From: Ptychomitrium polyphyllum
Taxonomy: Eukaryota
Reading direction: 5' to 3'
DNA: 64,000 bases
Assembly (NCBI GenBank): GCA_973851085.1
Contig: OZ316775.1
Span: 11,718,001 to 11,782,000 of the forward strand
Under the pieces are notes generated by a model, which had not been told where the DNA came from, searched no databases, and saw only the letters and a program-made list of their open reading frames with translations. A program made the position numbers and the translations under genes. Positions 27,401-41,400 of the stretch are shown here, one piece after another (the first letter of the stretch is position 1; each line of letters starts with the position of its first letter).

Positions 27401-28695
27401 ATGCACCAGAGCAAGCACTTGTTCTATCCTCCACACAGATGCATAGATCTTAAAAGGCTGAACCAAAAACTCCGTGTTGATTTTTGGTATATCCAAAGAC
27501 CCTTCTCGTAAGGGTATCCGTAATTGAATAGATCCCAGAATTCCACCTCCATCTGCTCCTCCTACTACCGGAACCATATGCTCTAACGTATATCTGGTCG
27601 TCATCCTCTCTTTTGACTCAGCATTCATAGGAGTTGGCATCAACCCAACCATAAACCCTTTGAATTTAACAGTTTTGACCACCATGTGCGTGTCTGAGCT
27701 TCTGTCTTGAGATTGGAAGCTATCGTTACCATACTCCACATACCCAGCCCGAATCACAAGTGTTGATGGCGATATTGAATCCTGAAGAAAAAACTCAAGT
27801 ATGTCAACCGTTGTGTGTCAAACGATAACCTATTTAATTAGTTTGCACTTCCCTAAAAACAAGAAATTCATACCTACAGACAACGTGAAAATCTTAACCT
27901 CAAATATCACTCGAACAGAAAAAGGAGTCAATAGTTACGAAATGTGAAATTAGGGTTTAGGAGCGGAACTAACCGAGGCTAGGTTCTGAGGCGAATTTTC
28001 TTGTTGCTGTTGATGCTCATATTTGATGGTCAGGTTGGTCACCTTAATACACAGCCCTAAAAGCACTTTCTCAACAACCTGAGCAATAGCTCGAACCCCA
28101 ACTTCAATGTCCATGTAGGCGGCTTCACCGCCTCCCATCCCTCCCGAGCCATCCCCATCATTGCCTTCAGAAGCAGCGACCGAAGTCCTGGCGTCCTTAT
28201 CTACACCTGTTCTTACAGGGCGCAAGTGCGGACCAAGTACAAGCTCTAACCCATAAACTTGGATCTCACATGGTTGCTCCGAACTAAGTATACGGTACAA
28301 ATTCTTGACAGTCACACTGGTTACCAAACCTTCCTTCAACACCACCGGTGAAGTATCCCCCAACTGCTTGCCCAAACGGGAAAAAATTTAAATTTCTAGA
28401 CAGCATCATCAATTCACAAAACAAGACCCTGCAACAACCGCCAACTATGCACATATTTACGTAAACCAAAATCCACTCATCCCTATCAAATTCATGAGAA
28501 TTCAACAACAAGTCGTATAATTCGCACCTGATCATTAAAGTAGGTCGTATTCAACTCAAGATCCTTTAAATGAATAGTCCCGGACCCAATCTGCACGTCA
28601 AGCTGCTCCAAATCCAAATCACTCCGCAAAATCCGCCCCAGCAGATGCTTCAAGGCAAACTTGCACAGCCGCTTGTTCACCCATTGCGAAATCAT
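21445..28695 (-). CDS. ATG2: Autophagy-related protein 2 (ATG2), 12 coding exons, ~1666 aa, apparently C-terminally truncated
   Basis: Exons 28695-28528, 28363-27974, 27781-27159, 26945-26893, 26739-26579, 26275-24944, 24772-24074, 23854-23015, 22798-22686, 22388-22175, 21966-21853 and 21738-21445 join in frame (5001 nt). The chorein-type N-terminus KRLCKFALKHLLGRILRSDLDLEQLDVQIGSGTIHLKDLELN is present. Other ATG2 motifs: DTCHDTTAACERLVAQLQQLFAP, EEYRVSFALLPIRLHLDQRHLDF, LLPFFQ, IRVDYLPRRVDLAALRAGNFAELVN. Confidence 0.9.
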
Positions 28696-29274
28696 GGCGA
28701 CGCATCAAGTGCGTCAAATTTCAAACACCGCGACCGCCCTCGCGCCCTCGCGCGGGCGCCTCCACAACACAACCACCACTACCTACTCCAACACCACCTC
28801 TTAACGATCAACGATCCAGAACGCAAACCTTGGCGCCACACAGGCTGACACCTACTCAAACCACAAAAGCAACCAAACCAACTAAACGCAAACGAACGAA
28901 TCCCCTCCTCCGCCAGGTCAAAAAAAAAATACCATCACATCCTCAACCCCAAACGAATTCCCGCAATCGCAAACAGAGGTCCGGATTGGCCCGCCACAGA
29001 GAGGAGCGAAGGGCACTTGCAAGCTAGGGTTAGGACAACTAGGAGCGAAGAGAAGAACGGAATCTTTCGCAAAGAGGAAGAAAAGTAAAAGAACAGTGAT
29101 GTGTACCTAAGCGCCGCAGCCGAGAAGCATGAGGGGGGAGCGGGAGTAGGAGCGAGAGTGGAAGCGGCGAGGATGCGCCTGCCGCAGCGGCGAGGGAGCG
29201 GACGATGGACAACATGCGGTGCAGTGAGGTGCAAAAGAGAAGGCTACGCTACACCAAAGTGACAGTGCACTCTA

Positions 29275-29470
29275 CCCCCCCCCCCCCCCCCTTCCCCTCA
29301 AATGGCATCAGTTTTCTCCCCCTGTCCCCACGACGTCACTCCCCCGACATTCCCTTCCCTGCGCTGGGCCCCACTCCAGCACCCCCCCCCCCTGGCCCCT
29401 TGCCCCCCTCCTTTCCGCCACTTCTCATTCCCACCCCCTTTCTTGCTCCTTCCCAGCCTTCCTTCTCTCT
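29275..29470 (-). promoter_or_regulatory. C-rich (G-rich on the minus strand) tract upstream of ATG2, with many runs of 4 or more G
   Basis: A C16 run at ~29276-29291 plus about eight further runs of 4 or more C within 200 bp, just upstream of the presumed ATG2 5'UTR. Confidence 0.45.
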
Positions 29471-32335
29471 TTGATGCCATTCTTGTTCTATTCTAAGCCT
29501 TCTTTTTCCCTTTCAAAGCCGACCTTGTTCCTTTTGAAGTTCCATTTTGGTGCCCTAGCAAAAACATATGAAGAAGTGATAGTAAGGGGTTGCACTATCA
29601 TAGAGGAAATCAATTCCAAGTCAGTATAAAATTTTGTTATAACCAATATAATTATAAAATATCCAAACACAAGTAATGCTTGGTTTGGATATTAGAACCA
29701 CTAATATAAAAAAAACAATTTGTGGAGTATCAACAAATTCAAAGAAAGGTTGTAATATAAGTTTATTTAGTTGTATGTAGGTCACACATGTTTATTGTAA
29801 AGTTTAAACGACAACTGATTTTAGGATTGAAGGTTTTTATTTTTATTTTTAGATGATTTTGTTTAAGTAGAAACACTCATAACAAAATAAGGAAGCATGT
29901 AACATGTGCCTTGATACTACCACCCTAGCCACATATAAAATATTAATGCAGTCGTACTATACTAAAGTCACCACAACTAGTAAGAGAATCTGACTCGACA
30001 CTTTTGTTCTACTTCCAGATCCAGAAATTACTGATATTAATTGCAATAATTGGCATAGTTTAATTTGGGAAAGTCGCGCATCGCAGCAGCTCCAAATGTG
30101 GGCCAGAACGTCAGGGCCCCGATGTGGTACAATGATAGAGGAGAAGATTCCAATGAGGAAGGTATTGCAGTGTCTGGATCATGTCCAGACGTGTACACTG
30201 ACGCAGGGGCTGTGTCAGGTAGACTGCTGTACCTGAAAACGAAATTTGGTCCGCCAGTCCAAGGTTGACCCAACGACTCGTCTCAAAACTTCGTCAAATT
30301 CCAGAAACAATTTTCTTACCAAGCTACCAATGCACCTTACCAAATCGTTGGAACGGTGCTCTGTTGTTGCCTACAGCAGTAAAGTTACTGTATTCTTCAG
30401 GCCTTCAAGTTCTGTCCATGTTTGTACCGGCCCATATTACAGTGGTACGACACTTTTCACAGCAGGGAGTGATACTGTTTCACCTTGAAGCTTCGGATCC
30501 AATTTTGTCAAACATCTCAATTAGGGCTGCATTTTAATTTAGCCAACTTCTCTTCAATTTTGCCTTCAGATCAAGAACAGGTGAAGAAGAGGAAGGTCCC
30601 TGTAAGGCCCCTAAACGAGAGAGAGAGAGTTGGTTTTCCATTCCTGAAGTACCTAACAATTGGAGTTGGGCCCATATTAGACCAATCTTAGAATATCATA
30701 TCAGTCCACTAAATTAAAAATTTTAAAGTTCAGATCGAGTCCCTTGCGGTCAATTTCTAAGCTTTCCACCAATCACAAGCGGAATTTGAGGTTGCAGGCT
30801 CAGCCTTTATGAAAACTGTTAGCCCCACGTATAAAAACTCCAGTATCCACTTAATCTGAGACTTGTTATGCACCAGGACGATACACCATTAGCGACTTAG
30901 AGTACACGAATAACTCTGGCAATTTGTAGGAACAACTAGTATTGGTCACAAACCAAAAACAAGGATCCAGTTCATGGAAATAAGGCCTGCATGTCCTTTC
31001 AGCTGCCAGCGTACACGACAATGTCGCACACATCTGCGTCGGTCACCACCGAAGTACCCATCACCATTCCCATGGTAACCTTTTCCACAGAGCTTTGCCG
31101 TGTTCGAAAGCAACACTCCCACCTTTGTCATCATTTCTTTACAGTTCCACTGGCCCTACCAAAAGGAAAGCTCCCATCCCCGCCACTGCATGTTTACGAG
31201 CCCTACCGCTGGCGCCCCCTTGTATTTACTTTCTGAAATGCCTCACACCCTATTCTTTCAATCTGCACCCCTCACACACGATCCGTTTCAGTAATCGAAC
31301 CAACTCGTCATTCCCACAATCGGTAGTTGCGCTTAATTGAACTCAGTCCTCGTCATCATGAATCGCAATAAACACAGCTGGTGTGTACTCGGTGTTGGGA
31401 GCCGCGGTAATAGAGCCCTTCCTACACGGTCACCGGCATTAGCAATCTCCAAACCAAGGAGAACAGACACAGGATGCAGAAATTTGCAGAGAGGTGGCTG
31501 TGGAGGGAGGAAGAGGAGGAAGACGACGACCTTATTTTCTCGTGCTGTTGGAGTTTCGGAGTGGAAGCATACGTACGCAATTGTGCAGCCTGACAATGTA
31601 GAGGTTGACTTAGTGTAAGAACGATGAGAGCAGGCCATTGATTACTGAAGTTTTTGGACGAGGCGCTCAGGCGTGATCTGTTTTTTTGTCGTTTTGACTA
31701 ACTTGCTGTGAATCATAGAGCGGAGATCCGGATGCGCAATGAGTTGAGAGCTTTGCGGATAGGTTGGAAGTGTGGACGGGATTGCGGATTTGCTGCATTC
31801 GGTTCAGCGTTCTGTTGAGAAGGCGTTGATGGATGTCTTAGTTGTGTCGCTTGATCGCTTGACGCTTGTGGTTGCGATCGCTCCGTTTTCCTGGACGGTT
31901 ATCGTAAACGGTGCAATTTGCGTTTCGCCGTTTCGGTTGTAATGGAGACAATAATGTGAGTAGACAGTTTATGTTAAGATTTGTTTTCATTTTAAATTTT
32001 CCTCTCTCGGCGGGGCGTTTCCCGTTATCCAACTCCTTAGCGGGTTTAAAAAGTCGTCACCGCCTTTCGTAGTTGCGCGAGGGTGAAGTCTTTGGCAATT
32101 GTTTGGAGGTGGAGAAAGATGGAGAGGTTGTGTGCGGAGGAGGATGTCGTGCGGTCACCATTTTGATTCTTCGAGGTTTCTATCTCTCCGGCGCGTGTGA
32201 GAATTGTCGTTTGTAATTTTGGTGCACAGGACACGAGTTATTCTGGAGAATGTGGCGAGTTGGAGGTCGGTGGATTAAGTTCCATTGAAGGCAGGATTGT
32301 CATCTCGTCTGCTGCAGTTTAAAGGCTTTGTGAGT

Positions 32336-32443
32336 ATGAGTGTCCCGGGCGATGGAAACAGAATGCGAGGAGGAATGACGCTTGTTTGGAAGAGTGGAGG
32401 AGTTGTAGTAGTGGCTGCAGCAACAATTGTGCGAGAATCATGA
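32336..32443 (+). other. 35-codon upstream ORF whose TGA overlaps the kinesin start codon (ATGA)
   Basis: ATG at 32336 reads [35 protein letters not shown] and ends at TGA 32441-32443. The kinesin ATG is at 32440-32442. The uORF lies downstream of a putative 5'UTR intron acceptor (ctgcag at 32317). Confidence 0.55.
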
Positions 32444-35400
32444 CGGTGCCACTGTCGCCCTCGCAGCATGATGCACCGGCCCTGGACGACGGCTGTTCGT
32501 CAGTGCGAGTGGCAGTACGAGCGCGCCCGCTGGTGGAGAAGGAGATTGTAGAGAAGTGCAAGGAATGTGTCTCCTATTCGCAGGATGAGAAGCAAGTGGT
32601 CTTAGGAAAAGATCGCCGGTTCACTTTTGATCATGTCTTTGGCCCTACTGTCAGTCAGGACGATGTCTACATCGACTGCGTCAAGCCCCTCGTTGAAAGC
32701 TGCTGCGCCGGGTAAACAAACATTCTCCGAAACGTTTGACTGGATGCTTTCTTGAATCCATTAGACCTTGATTCTCTTGTGTTTTGAGCAAATTTGAATA
32801 GATGATAGGAATTCGTTACAAGCGAAAGGTAAGGGCAGTTGTTATGCCCTAAACCACAAAGTGCATGCGCGGAGTTGCTGTAGTTCGCAGAGGTATCGAG
32901 AGTAGAATGCTTGCGGCTATTGTTTCATCATTCGCGTTAGAGTCCTCTGTTATTCGGCTGGACTAGACTTACGTTGGACACACCTCTGCAAGGACTCAAA
33001 CTAGAGGGGATACATTTTGCATAGAGAATAATGGTGAGGGCATTTTGCGGCAGTTTTGGTAGTTCCATGCTTCTTACATCGGGCAGTGCACGGACAACAA
33101 TCGCTAGAAAGCAATATATCCACCCGTGAAAACTGGTTGACTGAGAAGAGAAGGGACGATTGCTGTAAGAGTTCTTTTCCTCTACATAGTCTTGGAGCGG
33201 ATGGGCAGGAGCATAATTGATTTTCAATGAAGGGGTAGGGGGCTACTGAACAGGCTGATCGGATGAACTTTTACCTCAAGCCTCTATTGGATTCTCTAAA
33301 GTAGAAGTTCCACTTAGATCTAAGCTCCTTTGCTTAGGAATTTTCTAAGATGTGTCCATGATATAATATCAGGAGCCTTCAGCGGTGCATTGCATACAGC
33401 ATACTTGTTATTCTGTGATTCCTTCTTCTAATCTTAAGTCGCTTACGTACACTGGTCAACATTTGTCAGCTTCGAGTTTAATGTACTATAACATTACGTT
33501 GAGAACATATATATATTTACCTCAGATCGAAATTCAGAAACCTGGGCATGTCCTATGTGTACCACAGATTTATGTGAGAAAATCTGATGTGATGCTTTCT
33601 TAATGGCTCAGGTATAATGCAACGATACTGGCATATGGACAAACAGGTTCCGGGAAAACCTTTACCATGGGTTGTGGTAATAACGTGTCGTTACTAAAGG
33701 AGGAGCTTGGCATCTTACCTCGGGCTATTCGCCAGCTCTACGAGAATGTCGAGGAGCGCAGTAACCAGGCTGAGTTCCTTGTATTCTTTCTTACTCTGTC
33801 CATGGTTCATTCCGAGAATTTCTTTACCCTCCGTGTAATATTCTTGTTTTGCACGAATAATCACAAGTGTGGTGTCATTTGTGTCATGGCTTTTTTGGTT
33901 GGCTCTGTTCTCCTGTTTTCAATGTTTTTTTTCACTTAGTGCTGAGACGAAAACGGATTATTCATGTTTTTACAGATCAAGTGTGCATATGTTGAGATTT
34001 ACAATGAGGAGATTAAAGACTTGCTCCACCCCGACACGCCGTCAAAGTCCATCTCTATTCGTGAGGATGCAAATGGCGATATAGTACTTGCAGGTGTTAA
34101 GGAAGAAGTCGTTACCAACTTTGAGAGCATGATCAGGTACCCTTACTTATTTTTGTGACCAAGGTTTTATCCAGCATAAACTTGGGTAGACATTTCTTCG
34201 GAAATCTACGAATGGCAAGAATCATTCCTGTTCAGTTGCTGCCTCTGAATTATTTTGAGGTTGTGGAATTACTTTGAAAAACCTAGTCCGTGCGTGCAAA
34301 ATTGACTACCTTCTCACGCAGAACGTCACTCTCCCACGTTAGCCACTTTTCCTGCGATGCTTGTGATCTACTCCGTGATTGAGCTTGAACCAGTTTAGTG
34401 CTCAAAAAGCACTCAAAACAGTTCTTTTTCCATTTTCGCAGGTTTCTTGAGCATGGTTCGGTCTTCCGCACAACAGGAAGTACTCTGATGAACCAGCATT
34501 CGAGCCGATCTCATGCTATATTCACCATTATTGTTGAGCAGCGGAGCATCCTGGAATCTGCTGCTATCAATGATGTCATTACCGCGAAGTTTCATTTGGT
34601 GAGTCACGTAATTGTCTCTTACTTCCAAACTGGTTCGACTATGTCGCAACCGTAGCACACCAATGAAGTGCAATTGACGTGCGTCAGGGAATCTCAAGAA
34701 GTCGATGTTGAAAAGCTGGTATGAGACTGATTGTGTACAAGTGACTATCGCACGGAGTCCGCATTGTGTAGGATAATCTGTGGGTCTAAGCTGCTTGATA
34801 ACGAGTGTTGCAGGTTGACTTGGCAGGCTCGGAAAGGGCGAAGCGCACGGGTGCTGTGGGCATGCGATTCAAGGAGTCTGTTACTATCAATTGTGGTCTT
34901 CTTGCTTTAGGCAATGTCATAAGGTATTATCTGTCTGCTGCCATTACGCTTATTGACGTCCTTAACTGTATCTTCATTTCAGTCCTTGGATGGCCTTTGT
35001 ATGAACATTTGGTACAAATTTGTTACTCATCTGATTCACCACTACAGGAAGGTGGTCTATTTGTTTCTAGTAAATTTGAAATGGGCTCCTTGCTTGCATG
35101 TGAAGCGCATTGGGGGACGAGCGAAAAAGGTGTCAACATGTACCTTACAGGGAGTCAAAGCTCACACGTATGCTGCAGGTTTGCTCACATCCACTTAGAG
35201 TTTATCCTGACATACGAATTCCATGTGATACATTCGATGCTGTGAAAGTTCACGTCATTCTTACTGCAATTTCATCGTGTGTGCCTCCTTCTAATGTATT
35301 AATTGATGTTAAGTTTAGGACGATCTTTCTGCAAGGATCACAACTATTTAATTCGGAACATGTTTCTCTTTGTTAGTGACTTGATAAAGAGAAGAAAGTC

Positions 35401-38400
35401 CCTGAGTTTGTGCGAAAAATACTAGGTTTTCACCAACACTTAGCCATCTAACCTACAGGGGTCGTCCTAATTGGGCTTTGAACCATTATTACAGAAGGCT
35501 ACAGAAAGTTAAGTGCTGATCATGATTATGCACAACTGACTGCTTGCGAAAAATGGTGTCTGATTTTGCGACGTTGCAGGATTCGTTGGGTGGAAACAGT
35601 CGCACGTGTATGATTGCATGCATCAGGTACTTGCTGTTGAGCATTTTGTGATCATGTGGATGACCGATTAGGTCTTTCAGAAGTGTCTTTAGTATGCTCG
35701 TGCTTCCTGAAGTCAAACAACTTACCCATACTATGTTGGTTGCATGTTACTTTAATAGCACTGCAGACACAAACTTTGAGGAGACACTCAATACGTTGAA
35801 GTATGCTAACCGAGCCCGCAATATTCGTAACAAGCCTGTTATCAATCGCGATCCGCAGTCTGTCATGTTGAACCAGCTACGTCAAGAAATCAGGGTGAGA
35901 AATTGGTTGCTATGTGCTAAGCCAAATCCAGTATGCATTCTTGTATCAGTAAATTAATGTCAGACTTCCATGGCCAATCTGACGGAGTTCCACTATCAGG
36001 CTTTGCAAGTGGAATTGCTGAATTCGCGAATGCGTAGCATGGGGCTTGAACCTGTTAGTGGGCCGCAAAGCTTGGAGGTTCTTCTCCAAGATGAATCACA
36101 TCGAGAGTTTCTGGCTGATATCCGGTTAGTCGTTTTTGCAAATATTGGTGGATATGTTGTCGTTGTGTAGCCTATATTCGTTCTCCAAACTGCAGTCAGC
36201 TGGACACTATTGTAACAGATTTCCTTGCTCTTACTTCATCCGATTCTTAACATATGCACCAACGTTTTTACAAGATACAACTCACAAGACACAAACCAAA
36301 GTGCGCACTGTGCTTGAATTTGTCATATACCGGATATTTCTCCTGGCTTGAACTCACAGATGTTGGACATATCATAGTTCATCAGAAAGTAATTAAAGTT
36401 GTATTCTTTGTTTTGGGCTGATTTATCATGTTAGATGTAGTGTGGTTTTATTAATAGGTCACTGAAACGTACAGGGTGTGGAATGAAGTCTCAAAATAAA
36501 ATTTAGTGCATTTTGCAATTTGAGAATGGTACTTAAAGCAATGCAAACCTGACGAAAAAGGGATTTAATTGAGTTTTAGAGTGACAATTTTCTTCAATAT
36601 GCCAAATATACATATTGCTTGGCATGAACTAAACATGTGATTTTGAAACGACTAAGTTATAAGCAGCAGTATAACGCAAACAAGCGTGATGAGGTCGATG
36701 AGGTTCTTTGATGCATGTGTACTCGTTTAAGATCTGTCGAAAACGTACATTAAGTGTGCTCATCTTGTGGTTATAAAGGGCCCGGGCAGATATATCTGTG
36801 GATGTTACTGCCGAGCTCAATACTGTGCGTCGGAAGAGCAGGGAAAGGGAGCAGGAGTGTCTGAAATTGAAAGATGAGATACAGGTGACAGCCTTCCTGG
36901 CTGAGTTAGATGTGATGATATTGTTTGTGTGGAATTCTCCTAGATTTTTGAAGTTGATATTGGTAAAAAGACAAGGCCTTAGTTTAGAACTTCCTTCAAA
37001 ATGCAAAAGTATTTTTGTTAACACAAAGCTTTGCACTGTGACATTACGATGGCAGGCATTGCAGTCGCTAGTGAACAAGCTTCAGGAGGAGACATTAGAA
37101 ATGCGCACTGAGCGTGATCATTATCAGGTTAGAATGTTACGACGCACACGTGGGTATCTAGTGATTGGCCATGGTGCACATCTAGTTTGTACCACATCCT
37201 TAACGTCTTTTCTGCAGTTCTTTGTTTTGATGGCAAAAATGTCACGAGCCGTCTGCTCAACCTTGATTGCTTCTGTGACTAGCACATTTATTTCTGACTC
37301 GCTCTTTCTCTCGTCTTTTTCTTCTTCGATGTATCAACGTAGTTCTCGCCTCTATGTGTCTTTCCATTATTCTCCCCCCTGCGAATTACACGCTATTTTC
37401 AACTGTCGTCTGATACATTTTAGCTAGGATATTGGGTTTTGTGAATTCTGCACTGTCAAACTTTTGCGTCCTTTTGCTAACCTAATTCCTCCTGCAGGTG
37501 AAATTGGACGAGGTGAACTTGGAAATGATGGCATTGATGCAAGTGATGCCACATTGGGAAGGTGGTAACGATGTCAGTTCTTCGGTGAAGGGCCACCTTT
37601 CGGAAATGATAAAAAGGATCATGGGTGAGATTGACAATGGTCCAGATTTTGGATCCAGTGAAAGTTCATTCTCCAGCTTAGATAGGCCAGCTAGTGCTGA
37701 TACTGCGACTAGAAAGAGTGAGAAGGATCTCAGCCTACTGAGTGACACGGGGACTCCTCGAGAGCGTTGCAGTAGTTCAGTTGACCGGCCTAGATCTCAA
37801 CCAGAAGATAGTCAAGCTGCCGCGTCTATGCGAGACTTCTTGTCTTCCCCTTTGAAGGCAGATACTAGGGTAAGCACTCGCCTTGGAAGTTTCACATATA
37901 AAACTTGTAGGATATTGCTTTTGAGTCATCTGTTGACATGAAGTTCTTTTAATCACGTTCAATGCAGGGTATAAATTGTACCTCTCCGGGTCGAACGAGT
38001 AGAGGTACTCGCAACATTATCAGCCAGCACTTGCGAACTATTCGGGTTCTGGAAGAGCGGCTAGCAGTCAAAGAAAATGATGTGAAATCTAAGGACGAGG
38101 CACTGAAGGAAGCTACTGAAGATCTTGCAAGGGATGAACGAATCTTCGCTGAGAAGGTAGCTTCTAATATCCTAAATTGTATACATAGCAGTAGCAGAAG
38201 GTCACGTGCTATCGCTCGACTAAGATTCTAATGTGAAGGTGATTGTCCCGTATACGTGTGTTCACAGATGAAGGAGATAAAGGCATTAAAGAAGCTTGCT
38301 CGAGATCTGTCAAATGAGAAGGATGCTTTAGTGCAAAAAACAGAGAAAGATGCCGCAATCATCTCGCGGATGTCAGAACAGGCTTTGGCGAAGGAGGATG

Positions 38401-41400
38401 AATTAGGTCGTCTTCGAATGTCTCTTGAAACTTTGGAGTCTGGGCGGCCGGATGCCTTCGTCATGAATGGCGCATGTGTTCCCGGAGTTCCAATTGCACT
38501 AGGAAATCTAAAAGGAGAAAATGATGATAGTCATGTTGACAACAGTGAGAACAATGATGAGGTGATAAGCATATTCCTGGCAGTGCTAGTAACTTACATT
38601 ATCAGTTAAGATCGATGGTTTCTATGTTAGTCACCCACATCACTGTCTGTAGTGTTGATGCTGTCCTGGATTAGCATGCTTTTTCCAGTTCCTGATATTT
38701 GATTATTGCGCTGCGCATGATTTCAAGGGCACTTGACCTGCTTGTTATTTTTAGCAACATTTTAAAGTGCATATTGCACATGTAGAAACATCAATACAAG
38801 CAGAACTTGTGGCTTTTTTCTTCTCGAACGTAATGACGTGGATGTGTGCTTCAGGTTAAGTGTGACATATTGAAAAATGCTACTAATGCGTCTGATGCTT
38901 TTAGTGAAGCCCGTCTTGAAGATTTTAGTGACAAAACAAAGGTTAGTCTATTTTCGACATTTTTTCTAAATGTGCATTGAATAGCACGTGCGTATTAATT
39001 GTTTACTTTTCTGTCTTGTCCGGATTTGCCTGAATTCTGAGTATGTGTGTAATACTGAAAAAGGTGGAAGATGAGGAGGAGAGGTTGTTGTCTGTGAAGA
39101 AAACCATTGAAGAGCAGAAACAACATCTTGAAGAGGATGTGCGGGTTCAAACACAGGAAATCAAACGAAGCAAGCAGGTGGGTGTTTCTTTGAGAAGAGC
39201 TTTAGTAGTTTGTGTTAATGTGGGTATCAAGGTCCACCTTTGCTTAAGGTGCTTTTTTCTCACAGAATTGTCTGTTTACAGAAGGGCAGCTTCCTTACGA
39301 AGTGCCTTTGGGCTTGTAGCGTACCCAGCACATATGAGTCACCTGACAATTTGGGCGCCTTGACAACTCATCCAAGTGGAAAGTATATAGAGAAATCCAG
39401 CCTGAGTCATGTAAAACTTACCTCGAATGTCTAGTCACGTCTGTGAGCAGGCAGTTTTGTAGCATAAAATTGGGTTTCAACAGAATCATTCAGTGAATAC
39501 TTGAAAACGATTTCTTCTGTACAATAACAGATAGAAAAGCGATAATTAGCAACACGTAGGGATGTCCTATTGAGCTTATGAGGTGAGCATTTTCACCCTC
39601 TTACCTGTCACACACAGTCTTTAGATTTATAAAGATATTTACAAGAATCTTGAATTTTTGGGTCATATTGGGTTCCTATCAAGCATATTGGCATTGAGCT
39701 ACTCCTATGATCCGGTTGTTTATCATATTTTTATTTCGAATAAACTCTTGTAATTTAATGCATAAGATTACATTCGTTTTGTTTCCTGTCTGGCAAATTT
39801 TACAACGATTTCCAAACATTTCGATCATTTTATTCTTTCAGGTGAGTTCCTTCAATCTGAAATTGATATTTGAGTTTAGGAAATTTAAGCCTTTCAACAG
39901 TTCGCGGCACCTGTTCCCCCTCCCCTCCCCCATCCCTTTTTCTTTAAGGAAAACAAAGAAGTTTCAGCATTTTAGCAAACAATAATGTTGGCATCTGCAG
40001 GTGATAGACAAGCAACTGCATGAGTTAGCCTTCAGCATCCAGCAGAAGGAAGATCTTATTAAAGAGCTGGCTCGAAATGAATCTGAAGCGAAGCACTTGA
40101 CAGCGCAATATGAGAGTCGCATGCTCGAACTTGAAGCTGAGGTCCACCGTCATCACCTTCTCCTGGTGTGTTTGTTTTTTTCATACTGAAACAGAACTTA
40201 CCCACATCAACTAACCCTCATAATTGTTGCCATTCTAGTGATATAATTCCATAAGATTAAATCGAAAGAAAACCATTTCAATTTTCTATACACACACAAG
40301 ATGACCATAAGAAGCCTACCATATGCACGTAAACCTCTTAGATTACTTAAACATTCGTACAGAACCTGACCATGCGACGATTAGTGATATTTCCTATGGC
40401 AAATGTTTGTGGCTTTTCTCATGGCGTTTCACATTTTATAGATGTCTTCACTATTATCAATAATTTGTGGTTGATTAAGTGCAGATGAAACGGAAAGAGG
40501 AAGAGGTGGAGTCCTTGAAGAAGGAAATAGAGGCCATTGATAAAAATGCGGTTCGTGGAATGGAGGAGAAGAAGAAACTACGAGAACAATACGAAGAGAA
40601 AGTGAAGAAGATTACAACTCAGTTGGTATCCCTGAAAAAACAACGTTGGGAGCAAGAGTCACAACGTCTTGAGCGTCAAAAAGCAAAATCTGATATAAAG
40701 GTCTTCATAGAATTTCTTTCCTCATTTTGTTGATTGACCATCAGTAATACATACTTAATACCCACAGTACGAATTCCACATCCTTTAGTTGCTTCTTTCG
40801 AGTCTTCAGACACATTCCTCTTAGCAAGTTTCAGAATTGGTATTCTTGGACTAAGGTATTCTGTTTGGCAAGCTGTTGTCGTACACCGGCAGAAAGGCGG
40901 GAGTTCAATGAAGATCAACTTACATGTATAACAAAAACTCACGTGTGAAGTAGGGTTTTTCGAGTTCGAGATCTCACCTACGCATGATTTGTCTAATTAA
41001 CTATATTAATTCGAGCTTCTCCTCAGAACTCAGCATTCAAGTTGTTTTACATTCTTGAACATGGGATGTTTATATCATAATAGGTGCAGCAATTGCAACA
41101 TGAGATTACTAGAATGCGTGCACAGCAAGATTTCCTGCAGAAGAAGATTAAGGAGACGACTGAGAAGTTTGAGGATGAGCACGATATGCATCAGAAAAGC
41201 ATGGCTGTTTTGAAGCGAGAATCGGAAAACCAGCTTAGGCATGTTCGTGAAATAGAGGTATATGATCTCGATCGCTCCCCCTTATCTTTTCTAGAGAATA
41301 CGATTACTGAAAAGGTATTCAATATGTGTAGATCATAACTAGGCCTTTGGATCTGTCCCGAAGTACTAATATGCTGCATACCCTCAATATGTTGGAAGAG

